A stretch of DNA of 64,000 nucleotides from an uncultured Phycisphaerales bacterium (GTDB taxonomy: Bacteria > Planctomycetota > Phycisphaerae > Sedimentisphaerales > Anaerobacaceae). Below the pieces are notes generated by a model that worked only from the letters and a program-made list of their open reading frames with translations, was not told the origin of the DNA and did no database searches. Positions 17,757 through 28,002 of this stretch are shown in pieces; within the stretch, counting starts at the first letter, position 1, and each line of letters starts with the position of its first letter. The stretch is from contig OY970359.1 in the NCBI GenBank assembly GCA_963718665.1, positions 1,856,001 to 1,920,000 of the forward strand. Direction: 5' to 3'. The position numbers and the translations under genes were made by a program.

Positions 17757-19556
17757 ATGAGAACTTCTGCACGGACGCAAGGCAAGTCATCTTCCTGTGA
17801 ACCGCTTCACAAAAATCATCGGCGTACAAATTACGCGGAAAAAACCTGGGTTATATCGCCGGCTGACCCCCGTGCAGACCAACTCGCCAAATCGCTCAAG
17901 GTTTCGCCTTTGCTCGGCCAACTGCTCATCAATCGAGGCGTTACCGACCCGCAATCCGGCTCCGCGTTTCTCAGGCCCAAACTGACCGACTTAATCAGTC
18001 CGGAATTGCTTCCCGGCGTTCGCGACGCCGCTAAAAGAGTTCAATTAGCAGTTACCCAAAAACAGAAAATAACGCTCTATGGCGATTACGACGTCGATGG
18101 TATCACGGGCGTTGCGATTCTCTGGCAAATCCTTACGCTGCTCGGTGCAAACGTCGATTATTATATCCCGCATCGTATCGACGAGGGCTATGGTCTTAAT
18201 GTCGAGGCGGTCGAATCAATCGCCAAGTCCGGAACTCAACTCCTTATAACCGTTGATTGCGGTATTACCGCTAACGCCGCCGCCGACCTTGCGAAAAAAC
18301 TCGGTGTTGATTTGATAATCACGGACCACCACCAGTTCGCTGACACGCTGCCGCAGGCGTTAGTTATTGTCCATCCCTCGCTCGATAAATCATATCCCAA
18401 TCCTGATTCTTCCGGCTCATTAGTCGCCTTCAAACTGGGCTGGGCAGTCGCGGACCTTTTCAAAACAGGCCCCAAGCTCAATCCGCAGATGCGCGACTTT
18501 ATGCTCAATGCCACATCTTTAGCGGCTATGGGCGCCATTGCCGACGTTATGGAGCTTCGAGGCGAAAACAGGACGCTTACAAGTTTCGGTCTTAGTTTGC
18601 TTTCAGACACCAAATTACCCGGCCTGCAGGCCCTTATCGAATCCGCCGAGCTTACCGGCAAAGGCCTCGACAGCTATCACATCGGTTTTCGTCTTGCCCC
18701 TACGCTAAATGCCGCGGGCAGAATAGGCCACGCCCGTTTGGCAGTCGAGCTGCTGACTTCCACCTCGCTTGCCCACGCCACACAGGTTGCCGAATATCTC
18801 AAGAGCCAAAACGGGCAACGTCAGCGTTTCGAACGCAAAATTTACAACCATGCCTGCCAGATTATCGCCGAAAAGGGCCTCGACAACCCCGAAAGGAAAA
18901 CCATTGTGCTGGCTGACACTTCCTGGCACAGCGGTGTTGTTGGTATTGTCGCGTCTCGGATCGTCGATAAATTTTCCCGTCCCACGATTATAATTAACTC
19001 CGGCTCAACGCCCGCACAAGGGTCCGGTCGTTCTGTTCCCAGTTTTGATATTCTCGCAGCAATCTCCGCCTGTTCAGAGCATCTCGTTACTTTCGGCGGA
19101 CACAAAATGGCCGCGGGTGTAACCGTCCTGCCTGAAAATATCCAGAAGTTTGCCGATGCCCTCGAAATCTATGCTCAACAGCATTTGTCCAAGGAACACT
19201 GCGTCGGCAAGCTCAATATCGATGCCCTTGCGTCATTGTCCGAGTTCAGTTACGAAAGCGTTTGCGAAATGCAGGCCCTTGGCCCATTCGGGCAGGGCAA
19301 TCCTGAGCCGCTGTTTGCCACAAAGGGTGTTCATCTTTGTTCTCCGCCTCGCAGGGTAGGGGCGACCGCCGACCACCTCCAGTTTGCCGTTACTGACAAC
19401 ACCAACTCAATCCGCTGCATTGGCTTTAGGATGGGGCCGCTCGAAAAGAAACTGCTCGAACGTGATTGCTTTGATATTGCCTATCACGCCGCAATTGATT
19501 CGTTCAATGGCAACCATTCAGTCCAGTTGGTTATCGAAGACATCCGTTTCGAATGA
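17757..19556 (+). CDS. recJ: ssDNA exonuclease RecJ (start uncertain)
   Basis: YGDYDVDG, TVDCG, TDHH, NAAGR, GGHKMAAG, PFGQGNPEP. Confidence 0.96.
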   Translation: MRTSARTQGKSSSCEPLHKNHRRTNYAEKTWVISPADPRADQLAKSLKVSPLLGQLLINRGVTDPQSGSAFLRPKLTDLISPELLPGVRDAAKRVQLAVTQKQKITLYGDYDVDGITGVAILWQILTLLGANVDYYIPHRIDEGYGLNVEAVESIAKSGTQLLITVDCGITANAAADLAKKLGVDLIITDHHQFADTLPQALVIVHPSLDKSYPNPDSSGSLVAFKLGWAVADLFKTGPKLNPQMRDFMLNATSLAAMGAIADVMELRGENRTLTSFGLSLLSDTKLPGLQALIESAELTGKGLDSYHIGFRLAPTLNAAGRIGHARLAVELLTSTSLAHATQVAEYLKSQNGQRQRFERKIYNHACQIIAEKGLDNPERKTIVLADTSWHSGVVGIVASRIVDKFSRPTIIINSGSTPAQGSGRSVPSFDILAAISACSEHLVTFGGHKMAAGVTVLPENIQKFADALEIYAQQHLSKEHCVGKLNIDALASLSEFSYESVCEMQALGPFGQGNPEPLFATKGVHLCSPPRRVGATADHLQFAVTDNTNSIRCIGFRMGPLEKKLLERDCFDIAYHAAIDSFNGNHSVQLVIEDIRFE

Positions 19557-19561
19557 TGGCT

Positions 19562-21043
19562 TCACTTTCCGGATTCGACCGTTATTTTTTCAATTCTGAA
19601 TTTGCCTAATGTTGTCGCCATGTTAAAGAAGTTCGCCGGTTCGCCGTTACCGGATGCCAGGGTGATATGTCCCGCGTCGAATTTTCCCAGGGCGCCAGCT
19701 TTGAACGCCGAATCAAGCCCGACCCATTTGTCGCCTACATACGCCTCCGTCCAGGCATGCCCGCCAAAACCGGTCTTGCCTTCAAAATCATTTACGTATG
19801 CCACGCCCACTGTTACTTTTGCCGGTATTCCCGCCGCCCGGCACATCGCTGCGCACAGGACAGCGAATTCCGTGCAGTCGCCTCTTCTGCTCGCAGCAAC
19901 CTCTGTCGCCGAGGCGTATCCAACCGACAAGCTGATGTCTTTTACGTACTTAGACACAAACTCCTCGATTCTTTTTGCCGCCTCTGCCGAGTCCTTTGCG
20001 TCGCCAACCGCCTGTTTCGCAAGGGCTATTATATTCGCGTCGTCGCTCTGCACAAATCTGCCTGGCTTCATCATCTCTGCGATGTTTGCGTCTGTTCCCT
20101 TATATGGGAATGTTCTGCCCGTCGGAATACTCACTGGTTCTACTTTCACTATTACCGTTCCATCTTCGAGCTTCTGAACCTGCTGGTTATCGCTTGACGG
20201 TATCATAAGATTTGTTGTTTGAGCGGTCGGTTTCAGGTAATACGTGATTGATTTGGCCGACGCGGCGTCTTCAATCGGCTCAGGACTTGCCAAAAACATC
20301 TTGTCAATTATTTCAGCTGGCTGGTTATTGCTCATCGCGAATTCCTTTGTGCAGGCCAGCATTTCCACGTTCATACCTGCCATCTGCATTATGCTTTTTA
20401 ACGCCCGTAATTGCTCGTCAACATAACCAATCGAAGCAATCTCGCCGGTTCCGGGCATACTCATAACCGTCTCAACTTTTGTCAGCGACACGATTCTGCC
20501 CAGCAAATCGACATCCTGCTTTGCGCCGACTTTCACGCGGGAATAAACAGCGGCCATTATTCCGGGGCTGAACACATTTACATCGTAGCTTGTGCCTTCT
20601 TTCAGTTTTTTCTCCAGCTCAATCAGACGCAACCCCTCCGCCATAACCGCTCCCTTTGGCCAGACCAGAGTATTTTCCTGCACGGCCCCCATTCCTGTCG
20701 TCCGCATCCGGACAGTTCCGTCTTTGCCTACGTTGCCCTCTGTTTTCATCATTACTATTCCCATATCCTGTTCGGATGTGAACGATATCGGCTCCCCCTT
20801 TACCGTCTCAACGCAGATTTCCTTTGTCTTCATTAGAACGGTCTTTCCCATTCTATTTAGCGTCATATCAGCAGTTTCTGTTGTTGTAACCTGCTCGCCC
20901 GCCACGACCCTGCTGTGTATTGCGTGTCCGACCTTGGTCCCATCCACGAATACAGCGTAGTATTCGACGTCATCGGTTTGCCCCAGCGCCAAAACCGCGA
21001 ATTGCAGAACGATAAGCCCAATCGTGAAAATTTTTGCCTTCAT
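19562..21043 (-). CDS. Secreted transglutaminase-like domain protein
   Basis: Signal peptide. GDCTEF...HAWTE...WVGLD gives a Cys-His-Asp triad. Confidence 0.9.
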   Translation of the reverse strand: MKAKIFTIGLIVLQFAVLALGQTDDVEYYAVFVDGTKVGHAIHSRVVAGEQVTTTETADMTLNRMGKTVLMKTKEICVETVKGEPISFTSEQDMGIVMMKTEGNVGKDGTVRMRTTGMGAVQENTLVWPKGAVMAEGLRLIELEKKLKEGTSYDVNVFSPGIMAAVYSRVKVGAKQDVDLLGRIVSLTKVETVMSMPGTGEIASIGYVDEQLRALKSIMQMAGMNVEMLACTKEFAMSNNQPAEIIDKMFLASPEPIEDAASAKSITYYLKPTAQTTNLMIPSSDNQQVQKLEDGTVIVKVEPVSIPTGRTFPYKGTDANIAEMMKPGRFVQSDDANIIALAKQAVGDAKDSAEAAKRIEEFVSKYVKDISLSVGYASATEVAASRRGDCTEFAVLCAAMCRAAGIPAKVTVGVAYVNDFEGKTGFGGHAWTEAYVGDKWVGLDSAFKAGALGKFDAGHITLASGNGEPANFFNMATTLGKFRIEKITVESGK

Positions 21044-21168
21044 AATCAGCTCCAAAAATGTTGTCCCGTTTCAAATATGTTACGATTAGTATAAACCATC
21101 CGTTGCATCCGGCAAGTTATCTTCCTAAAATACCCTGATGACCTGGTTACCTGATGACCTGATATGCT

Positions 21169-22617
21169 ATGAATTTTGATGAACTGTTGACGCTTGTTTG
21201 TTCGGGCAATTCACCCCGGCTGTGCGACGATTCCCGTATCATCGAGCCGGACGACATTTTCGTTGCTGTCAAAGGCCCAAACGTCGATGGCCACGACTTT
21301 ATCCCGCAAGTTCTCGCCAAAGGAGCAAAATTCATCGTCTGCCAATCATCTTCTTCCGTTGTCGTTCCCGCGCAGGCGGGAATCCAGGTCATTACCGTCC
21401 CTGATCCCTCTCTTGCCCTTGCCTCTCTTGCCCAGGCCGCCAATGGTAACCCTGCTGATAAACTCACCAATCTTGCCGTTACGGGAACCAAGGGCAAAAC
21501 CACGGTAACTTTTCTTGTCCGCTCCTGCTTTCAGGCCGCCGGGGAAAAATGCGGCCTCATAGGGACCGTTATTTACGACACCGGCATCGATGTATCACCT
21601 GCGCCGCTCACCACCCCCGATTGCCTGACTATCGCAAAATCGCAATCGCAGATGCTAAAAGCCGGCGCAAAATATATGGTCATCGAGGCCAGCTCTCACG
21701 CCCTCGACCAGAATCGAGTCGCCGCGATTAATTTCAAAGCCGCTGCATTTACTAATCTCACAGGCGACCACCTCGATTACCATAAAACCACCGGAAATTA
21801 CCTGGCCGCCAAGTTAAAACTCTTCGCGATACTTTCTCCCGACGCTACAGCTGTTCTTAATAAGCAATCTCTTTACTCGAAGGAAATCGCCGCGATTACT
21901 AAAGCCAAAATTATCTGGTTTGCCGTTGATGATAAGGCCAACCTTTCCGCGGAAATTCACTCAATCGATGACTCAGGCACAGCGTTCACGCTTCGATATC
22001 AGGGGCAAAGTATCCGTATAAAAACGCCTTTGCTTGGCCGATTCAACGTCGCTAACCATCTCGCCGCCGCGGGCTTGTGTCTGTCTGCGGGTCTTGACCT
22101 CAAAACCGTTGCCCGTGGCTTGTCCGCTCTTGACGCAATCCCAGGCCGGCTTGAAAATGTAAAATCCGATGCGCCGTTTACCGTTCTCGTCGATTTCGCC
22201 CATACCGATGATGCTCTTGATAATGTTCTTTCAACTCTCAAGCCATTGTGTAAAGCTCGTCTAATTGTCGTATTCGGCTGCGGCGGCGACAGGGACAAAA
22301 CCAAACGACCTCGTATGGCAAAAGTAGTTGAAAAATACGCGGACTTAGGCATAGTAACAAGCGATAACCCAAGGACCGAAAATCCCGACGATATAATCAG
22401 TCAAATTGTCGCCGGCCTCAAAAACCCCGGCTCACCAAAAATCAAAATTGAACCAGACAGGAAAAAAGCGATAGCCCTTGCGATTGAATCAGCACGAAAA
22501 GATGACGTTGTTATCATAGCAGGCAAAGGTCACGAGAGTTATCAAATCATTGGCAAGCAAAAATTCCCCTTCAGCGACCAGCAAATCGCCCTCGATTTGC
22601 TAAAAACTAAAAAATGA
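21169..22617 (+). CDS. murE: UDP-MurNAc-tripeptide synthetase MurE
   Basis: VTGTKGKTT, EASSH, DHLDYH, DFAHT, CGGDRDK.KRP, SDNPRTE. Confidence 0.97.
   Translation: MNFDELLTLVCSGNSPRLCDDSRIIEPDDIFVAVKGPNVDGHDFIPQVLAKGAKFIVCQSSSSVVVPAQAGIQVITVPDPSLALASLAQAANGNPADKLTNLAVTGTKGKTTVTFLVRSCFQAAGEKCGLIGTVIYDTGIDVSPAPLTTPDCLTIAKSQSQMLKAGAKYMVIEASSHALDQNRVAAINFKAAAFTNLTGDHLDYHKTTGNYLAAKLKLFAILSPDATAVLNKQSLYSKEIAAITKAKIIWFAVDDKANLSAEIHSIDDSGTAFTLRYQGQSIRIKTPLLGRFNVANHLAAAGLCLSAGLDLKTVARGLSALDAIPGRLENVKSDAPFTVLVDFAHTDDALDNVLSTLKPLCKARLIVVFGCGGDRDKTKRPRMAKVVEKYADLGIVTSDNPRTENPDDIISQIVAGLKNPGSPKIKIEPDRKKAIALAIESARKDDVVIIAGKGHESYQIIGKQKFPFSDQQIALDLLKTKK
21361..21387 (+). repeat. Palindromic repeat in frame within murE
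   Basis: GTCGTTCCCGCGCAGGCGGGAATCCAG (TTCCCGC/GCGGGAA stem) encodes VVPAQAGIQ. Confidence 0.75.
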
Positions 22618-23990
22618 AAAAACTTTCGATTGAAAATTTGGCCAAAATAGTAAAGGCGGGTCATAGGACACTGGGCACAAGTTATGACGTTACTTATGTA
22701 AGTACTGATTCACGAACAGCAAAGCCCGGCGACTGTTTTTTTGCCATTTCGGGCGATAATTTCGATGGCCACAACTTTTTGGCCGACGTCTTTGATAAAG
22801 GCGCTGTTTGTGCGGTGGTAAGCAAAAACATTCCCGCAGGGAAATTTCCAGGTAAAGCGATTCTTCGGGTTTCCGACACAATAAAAGCCCTGGGCGACCT
22901 CGCCTGTTGGTATCGTAAGGATTGTAAATTCAAGGTCGTCGCAATCACCGGCTCAGCAGGCAAAACGACAACAAGACAAATTGCTCACCACGTTCTTAGC
23001 CGGCATTTCAAGGTCTTCCAGTCGCCGAAAAGTTTCAATAATTTTATAGGCCTGCCTTTGACATTGCTGGGGGCTGAGCCAAATCAGGAAATTATTATTG
23101 TCGAACTGGGCACCAACCATACCGGCGAAATCGAGTATCTGACCCGAATCGCCTCGCCGGATATTGCCGTGGTTACCAATGTTTATCCTGCCCATCTCGC
23201 CGGCTTCGGCTCTGTCGGTAAAATCGCTGAAGAAAAATTATCAATTACCAAAGGTCTCACGTCATCGGGCGCTCTTATCATTAACGCGGATTGTCCGCCA
23301 TTACTTGATACCGCCCGCCGGGCCGGCTTAATTTTCAAAACTTTTTCTTGTTCTTCATCCGCTGATTACTGCGCACGCGATATTACCATCGGGCCGCTTG
23401 CCAGTGAGTTGACTATCGATGGTGTGCCTGTCGAAGTTCCGCTTCCCGGCAGGGGGAATATTGAAAATGCCCTCGCTGCCTGGGCAATCTGCTCAAATCT
23501 TGGTATTACAGCCGCACAATTTGCCGACGTGATAAAATCAATAAGCCCCGTTTCGATGCGAACCGAAATGCTTAGGATTGGTTCACTTACCGTTATTTCT
23601 GATTGCTATAACGCCAATCCTGCCTCGATGAAAAACGCCCTTGATATCCTTGCAAACCTCGCCGGCAGTCAAAAACGCAGGGCCGTCTTTGTTTGCGGCG
23701 ATATGGCGGAACTCGGCGATTCAGAACAGATTTTACACCGTCAGCTCGGCGAACAAATCGCAAAAGCAGGGGTAAATCTCCTCATCACGCTCGGCAATCT
23801 TGCCGCCATTGCCGCAGAATCTGTGAAAAGTACCTCGCCCGACATTCAGGTCAGCAGCTTCACAAGCAATATAGACCTTTGCAATAACTTGCGGAATTTG
23901 ATAAAAGATTCTGATATAATACTGGTCAAGGGCTCACGCGTTAATAAGCTTGAGCTTGTTGTTGATAAACTAAAAAGTTATCGTCAGTGA
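22614..23990 (+). CDS. murF: UDP-MurNAc-pentapeptide synthetase MurF
   Basis: ITGSAGKTTT, DCYNANP, GDMAELG, LVKGSR. Confidence 0.97.
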   Translation: MKKLSIENLAKIVKAGHRTLGTSYDVTYVSTDSRTAKPGDCFFAISGDNFDGHNFLADVFDKGAVCAVVSKNIPAGKFPGKAILRVSDTIKALGDLACWYRKDCKFKVVAITGSAGKTTTRQIAHHVLSRHFKVFQSPKSFNNFIGLPLTLLGAEPNQEIIIVELGTNHTGEIEYLTRIASPDIAVVTNVYPAHLAGFGSVGKIAEEKLSITKGLTSSGALIINADCPPLLDTARRAGLIFKTFSCSSSADYCARDITIGPLASELTIDGVPVEVPLPGRGNIENALAAWAICSNLGITAAQFADVIKSISPVSMRTEMLRIGSLTVISDCYNANPASMKNALDILANLAGSQKRRAVFVCGDMAELGDSEQILHRQLGEQIAKAGVNLLITLGNLAAIAAESVKSTSPDIQVSSFTSNIDLCNNLRNLIKDSDIILVKGSRVNKLELVVDKLKSYRQ

Positions 23991-24064
23991 ATCGTTAGCC
24001 CGTCCGGTCCGGCCTGGTGCCGGCGGCGGGGCGGCGGTTACTGGTCACGGAAGACGAAAATAAA

Positions 24065-25204
24065 ATGATTTATCATCTTCTCTGGTTTTTTCGCAACACC
24101 GTTACCCATCGGCTGGGTTTCTACGCCTATCAGGAAGTGATGTTCCGCGCCTTCGCGGCCCTGCTGACGGGGCTGCTTATCGCGCTTGTGCTTGGTCCGC
24201 CTCTTATTCGCTGGCTTATGCGGAAAAAAATCGGCGACCGCCCCGAATTCTATCTGGCGTCCCTAAATGAGCTTACAAAGCAAAAAGCCAATACCCCGAC
24301 TATGGGAGGCCTGATTATAATTATCGCCGTGCTTGGCTCCACCGTTCTCTGGGCCAAGCTTAACAACCCCTTCATCCAAAAGGCAATCATTCTAGTCCTT
24401 TGGTTCGGCGCCCTCGGCGCAGTTGACGACTGGCTAAAGCTCACCGCAGAATCGCATCATCGCAGCCGAGACGGCCTCAAACCCTGGGAAAAAATTCTCT
24501 TCCAGTTCGGCGGCGCAGTTCTTATCGCTTCCTTCCTCTATATCGATTTCACCAATATCGAAGACGGCCGGAAATTCTGGCTTCCCTTCTATAAACACGG
24601 CTTGCCCTTGGCCAACTGGATGTTCATTCTCATTGCCATTCTGTATCTGTCCGCCACCAGCAACGCCGTCAATCTCACCGATGGTATGGATGGTCTCGCC
24701 GCCGGCTGCACGGGTATCGCTTCATTCGTTCTTGCCGTCCTCTGCTATGTCGCATCTGAACCAATGAGCCGGACATCTACAGCCACCTGGTCGAGCTATC
24801 TGCTATTGCCTGCTATCCCGCAGGCGGGCGAGCTGGCCATATTCTTTTCCGCTATTCTCGGGGCAGTCCTTGGCTTCCTGTGGTTTAACTGTCATCCCGC
24901 ACAGGTCTTTATGGGAGATATCGGCTCGCTGCCCCTCGGCGCCGCTATGGGCTACGGCGCACTTGCCACCAGAAATGAAATTCTTCTGCTTATTATCGGC
25001 GGCGTCTTTATGATAGAGCTTTTCAGCGTTATCCTGCAGGTTTCCTATTTCAAATACACGGGCGGCAAACGCCTTTTCCGGTGCGCGCCAATCCACCACC
25101 ATTTTCACCTTGCCGGCTGGTCCGAACCGCAGGTCGTTGTCCGTTTTTGGCTTGTTGCCGCCGCTTTTGCCGCTATCGCCCTCGCTACCCTCAAAATACG
25201 CTGA
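24065..25204 (+). CDS. mraY: Phospho-N-acetylmuramoyl-pentapeptide transferase
   Basis: TPTMGG, DD.LK, NAVNLTDGMDGL, FMGD.GS, APIHHHF. Confidence 0.97.
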   Translation: MIYHLLWFFRNTVTHRLGFYAYQEVMFRAFAALLTGLLIALVLGPPLIRWLMRKKIGDRPEFYLASLNELTKQKANTPTMGGLIIIIAVLGSTVLWAKLNNPFIQKAIILVLWFGALGAVDDWLKLTAESHHRSRDGLKPWEKILFQFGGAVLIASFLYIDFTNIEDGRKFWLPFYKHGLPLANWMFILIAILYLSATSNAVNLTDGMDGLAAGCTGIASFVLAVLCYVASEPMSRTSTATWSSYLLLPAIPQAGELAIFFSAILGAVLGFLWFNCHPAQVFMGDIGSLPLGAAMGYGALATRNEILLLIIGGVFMIELFSVILQVSYFKYTGGKRLFRCAPIHHHFHLAGWSEPQVVVRFWLVAAAFAAIALATLKIR

Positions 25205-25293
25205 ACAAATCGAATCACGGGTAAATCTGAAATAGAAAATAGTAAACAGGAAAATTTTTCGTTATAATACCCTTCCCCTGACAGGGGATATTT

Positions 25294-26418
25294 ATGTCTG
25301 ATGAACAGTTCATATCTGAGTTTGAGCCGGAGGCGCCTAAGCCGCCGCGAGTTGCTCTTATCGCGTCTCGCCGCACGCTTGCCGAATATCCTTCATATCT
25401 CAAGCACCTGCTCGTTGGCCTGGCTGATGAGTCCGTCCCTGTTCTTTTGGTGTGTCCGCCGGGAAGCGATGCCGACTCTATCATCCCGCCGGCTGTCGAG
25501 GTCGTCAGGCACCCGGCAATTGATATACCCCTGATGCAGCATTACAATCTTCGCGTTCTTCTCAATCGAGTCAGTAAATTCAAGCCGGAGATTATTCATT
25601 GTCTTTGCGAAACTTCCGCTGTAACGGCTCGCTGGCTTGCTCGCAACCTTGATATCCCATATCTGCTCAATATAAATTCGATTTCCTCGCACTGGTCTGT
25701 CATTTCCTTTTCCCCAACTCGTTGCGCCAATATCATCGTGCCCGCCAAAACCATCGCCGACCATTTCGTGGCGACTCACCCCAAATTCGCCGACCGTGTT
25801 CGCCAAATCAACGTCGGTGCTTTCGTTGAGGATTCCACAGCGTGTTTTATGCATCCTGAGCATCTGTCGGGTATTGTTGTAGTTCCGCCTCTCGATAATC
25901 ACGCCAATCTTGATAACCTCTTCCAGGCGTTGCATCGCCTGATTGTCGATGGTTGTCAGTTTATCGTTGCCATTATCGCTTCAGGACGACCCGAAGGGAC
26001 GCTCTGGAAACAAATTCACTCTTTTGACCTGCTTCACGCGGTTACTATTGTTCCTCGTTCGCTGGGCCTCTACTCCGCCGGTTCTGCCGCCGACGTATTC
26101 ATCGCACCCAGACCATCCAGCAGATTCAATATGCTGCTGTTGACCGCGATGAGCGCTGGCTCCGTCGTCGCAGCGTCCAAAGGCGGCGTCGATGACCTTA
26201 TTATCGAAGATAGAACCGCCTTTATTTTTAATCCCGATGACCAGCTCAGCGTTTATAATTGTCTTAAGCGTATTTTTGACAGGCCCGATGAAGCCAGGCG
26301 GCTTGCCGAGTCCGCCCAGCGATATCTTCGCCAAAACCACAATGTTAGCGGTATGGTTTCCGCTGCTATTTCTCTTTACAGGCAGGCCGTTAGTTCGAAA
26401 ATCCGGACAAACGCCTGA
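25294..26418 (+). CDS. Glycosyltransferase family 4-like protein
   Basis: FKPEIIHCL, AADVFIAP...AMSAG.VVAASKGG fit a GT-B fold. The EX7E glutamates are absent. Confidence 0.8.
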   Translation: MSDEQFISEFEPEAPKPPRVALIASRRTLAEYPSYLKHLLVGLADESVPVLLVCPPGSDADSIIPPAVEVVRHPAIDIPLMQHYNLRVLLNRVSKFKPEIIHCLCETSAVTARWLARNLDIPYLLNINSISSHWSVISFSPTRCANIIVPAKTIADHFVATHPKFADRVRQINVGAFVEDSTACFMHPEHLSGIVVVPPLDNHANLDNLFQALHRLIVDGCQFIVAIIASGRPEGTLWKQIHSFDLLHAVTIVPRSLGLYSAGSAADVFIAPRPSSRFNMLLLTAMSAGSVVAASKGGVDDLIIEDRTAFIFNPDDQLSVYNCLKRIFDRPDEARRLAESAQRYLRQNHNVSGMVSAAISLYRQAVSSKIRTNA

Positions 26419-26513
26419 TATTTGAAATAAATATAAATACCGGGACGTCTTACGTCTGAATGTTTTTGTGTCTAACGGAAATCTTTTTAACAGTTTTTTG
26501 GGAGAATTGAATT

Positions 26514-27266
26514 ATGAATACCAAAGTGATTGTGGCAGGCGTTGTGCTGACATGTCTTGCGCTGGCTCAGGTTGTAATAGCGGCAGAAGGTGTAGTCGGT
26601 GAGTGGGAATTCAAAAGCCAGATGCCGGCAAGGACTATGACAGCAACGATGACGATTACGAAGAACGCCGAGGGCAAACTCGCGGGAACGTGGTCGGCGC
26701 AATTCGGCGAAAGTGCCCTGTCGGATATTACCTTCGAGGCAGGCAAGGTGAAGTTTGTCCAGACGAACAACTTCGGCGGCCAGGAGACGAAGACAACCTA
26801 CGAAGGCGCCGTCGAAGCCGGCAAAATCAAGGGTACAGGCAAAGGCCAGTTTGGCGAATTTACATTTGAGGGAACATTGCAGGGAAAAGCAAAAACCGGA
26901 GCAGATGCGATTGTCGGTGAGTGGCAGATGAGCGTAAATATGCCGGCAAGAGATAACGTGGAGAAGCTGACCATAACAAAGAACGCCGACGGAACACTGG
27001 CGGGCAAATGGGAAGGCCGAAGAGGAGAAAACAAAATTTCGGATATAAAGTTCGAAGGCGGAAAACTTACTTTTATTCGCACCAGTGATTTCGGAGGCCG
27101 CATTATGGAGTCAGAGTTTGAAGGGACCGTTGAGGGTGATGCGATAAAGGGCGTAGTCAAGAGCGACAGGGGCAACAGGGATGCTAATGCCACCCGCGTC
27201 GGCGCCGCCAAGCCGGAACCGGCCAAGGCTGAGCCGAACAAGCCGGCTGCGCCAAAACCAAAATAA
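26514..27266 (+). CDS. Secreted protein with two tandem ~100-aa beta-rich repeats
   Basis: Signal peptide, then VVGEWEF...TITKNAEGKLAGTW and IVGEWQM...TITKNADGTLAGKW repeats. Confidence 0.85.
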   Translation: MNTKVIVAGVVLTCLALAQVVIAAEGVVGEWEFKSQMPARTMTATMTITKNAEGKLAGTWSAQFGESALSDITFEAGKVKFVQTNNFGGQETKTTYEGAVEAGKIKGTGKGQFGEFTFEGTLQGKAKTGADAIVGEWQMSVNMPARDNVEKLTITKNADGTLAGKWEGRRGENKISDIKFEGGKLTFIRTSDFGGRIMESEFEGTVEGDAIKGVVKSDRGNRDANATRVGAAKPEPAKAEPNKPAAPKPK

Positions 27267-27292
27267 AATCACACTATCGTAGAACAAGAACT

Positions 27293-27324
27293 AAAACCCC
27301 TCGATTCCTTATCGGGGGGTTTTT
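27293..27324. terminator. Bidirectional intrinsic terminator
   Basis: AAAACCCCTCGAT-TCCTT-ATCGGGGGGTTTT between convergent genes. Confidence 0.8.
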
Positions 27325-27985
27325 ATTTGCGCATTTCGTCGAGTAGCTTGAGGACGTCTAGCGGATTATCGATGAGGACTTTTGCGCCGGATTCGAGCAA
27401 TTCATCGGCTGTGCGATAGCCCCATAAGCATCCAACAGGAAACATTCCCGCGGCGACGGCTGTTTTCATATCTGTGTTGGTATCGCCTAAGTAAAGGAAT
27501 TGTTCGGGCGGAATACGGAGTTTCTTTGCGATTTGCAGCGCCATTATGGGGTCCGGCTTCAATGGAACATTCGGCAATGCCCCCTGAACAATTTTAAATC
27601 GCCACTGCGAAAGGATTTTTTCGACCATAACCTTTGTGAAGTGGTCGTTTTTATTGGAAAGGATTACCAAAGACAAGCCGCGTCGCGGAAGTTCCGTCAA
27701 AAGTTCCGGTATGCCGGCGTATGGGTGGGTATTATCGCCCCAGCATTTATCGTAGATTTCTTCCGAATACGCTGCGACTTTCCTGACGAATTCGGGGTCG
27801 CGCTCGGATTCAGGCAGGGCGCGTTGGGCCTCGGTTTCGACGCTTTCGCCTATGAAATACTTATACGCGTCAACAGGATGAGGCGAAAAGCCGAAGTGAA
27901 CGAGGGCTTTGTTCATCGCGTCGGCGACGTCTTTGAGCGTATAAAGCAGCGTGCCATCGAGGTCAAACAAAACGACTTTGAACAT
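27323..27985 (-). CDS. HAD family hydrolase (phosphoglycolate phosphatase-like)
   Basis: FDLDGTL, LSNK, KPDP, YLGDT..D. Confidence 0.92.
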   Translation of the reverse strand: MFKVVLFDLDGTLLYTLKDVADAMNKALVHFGFSPHPVDAYKYFIGESVETEAQRALPESERDPEFVRKVAAYSEEIYDKCWGDNTHPYAGIPELLTELPRRGLSLVILSNKNDHFTKVMVEKILSQWRFKIVQGALPNVPLKPDPIMALQIAKKLRIPPEQFLYLGDTNTDMKTAVAAGMFPVGCLWGYRTADELLESGAKVLIDNPLDVLKLLDEMRK

Positions 27986-28002
27986 ATCGAATTACCCGCC
28001 GG

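Noticed and set aside
21133..21164. Four imperfect 8-bp tandem repeats (ACCTGATG) upstream of murE
   Set aside because: Too short and degenerate to assign a role.
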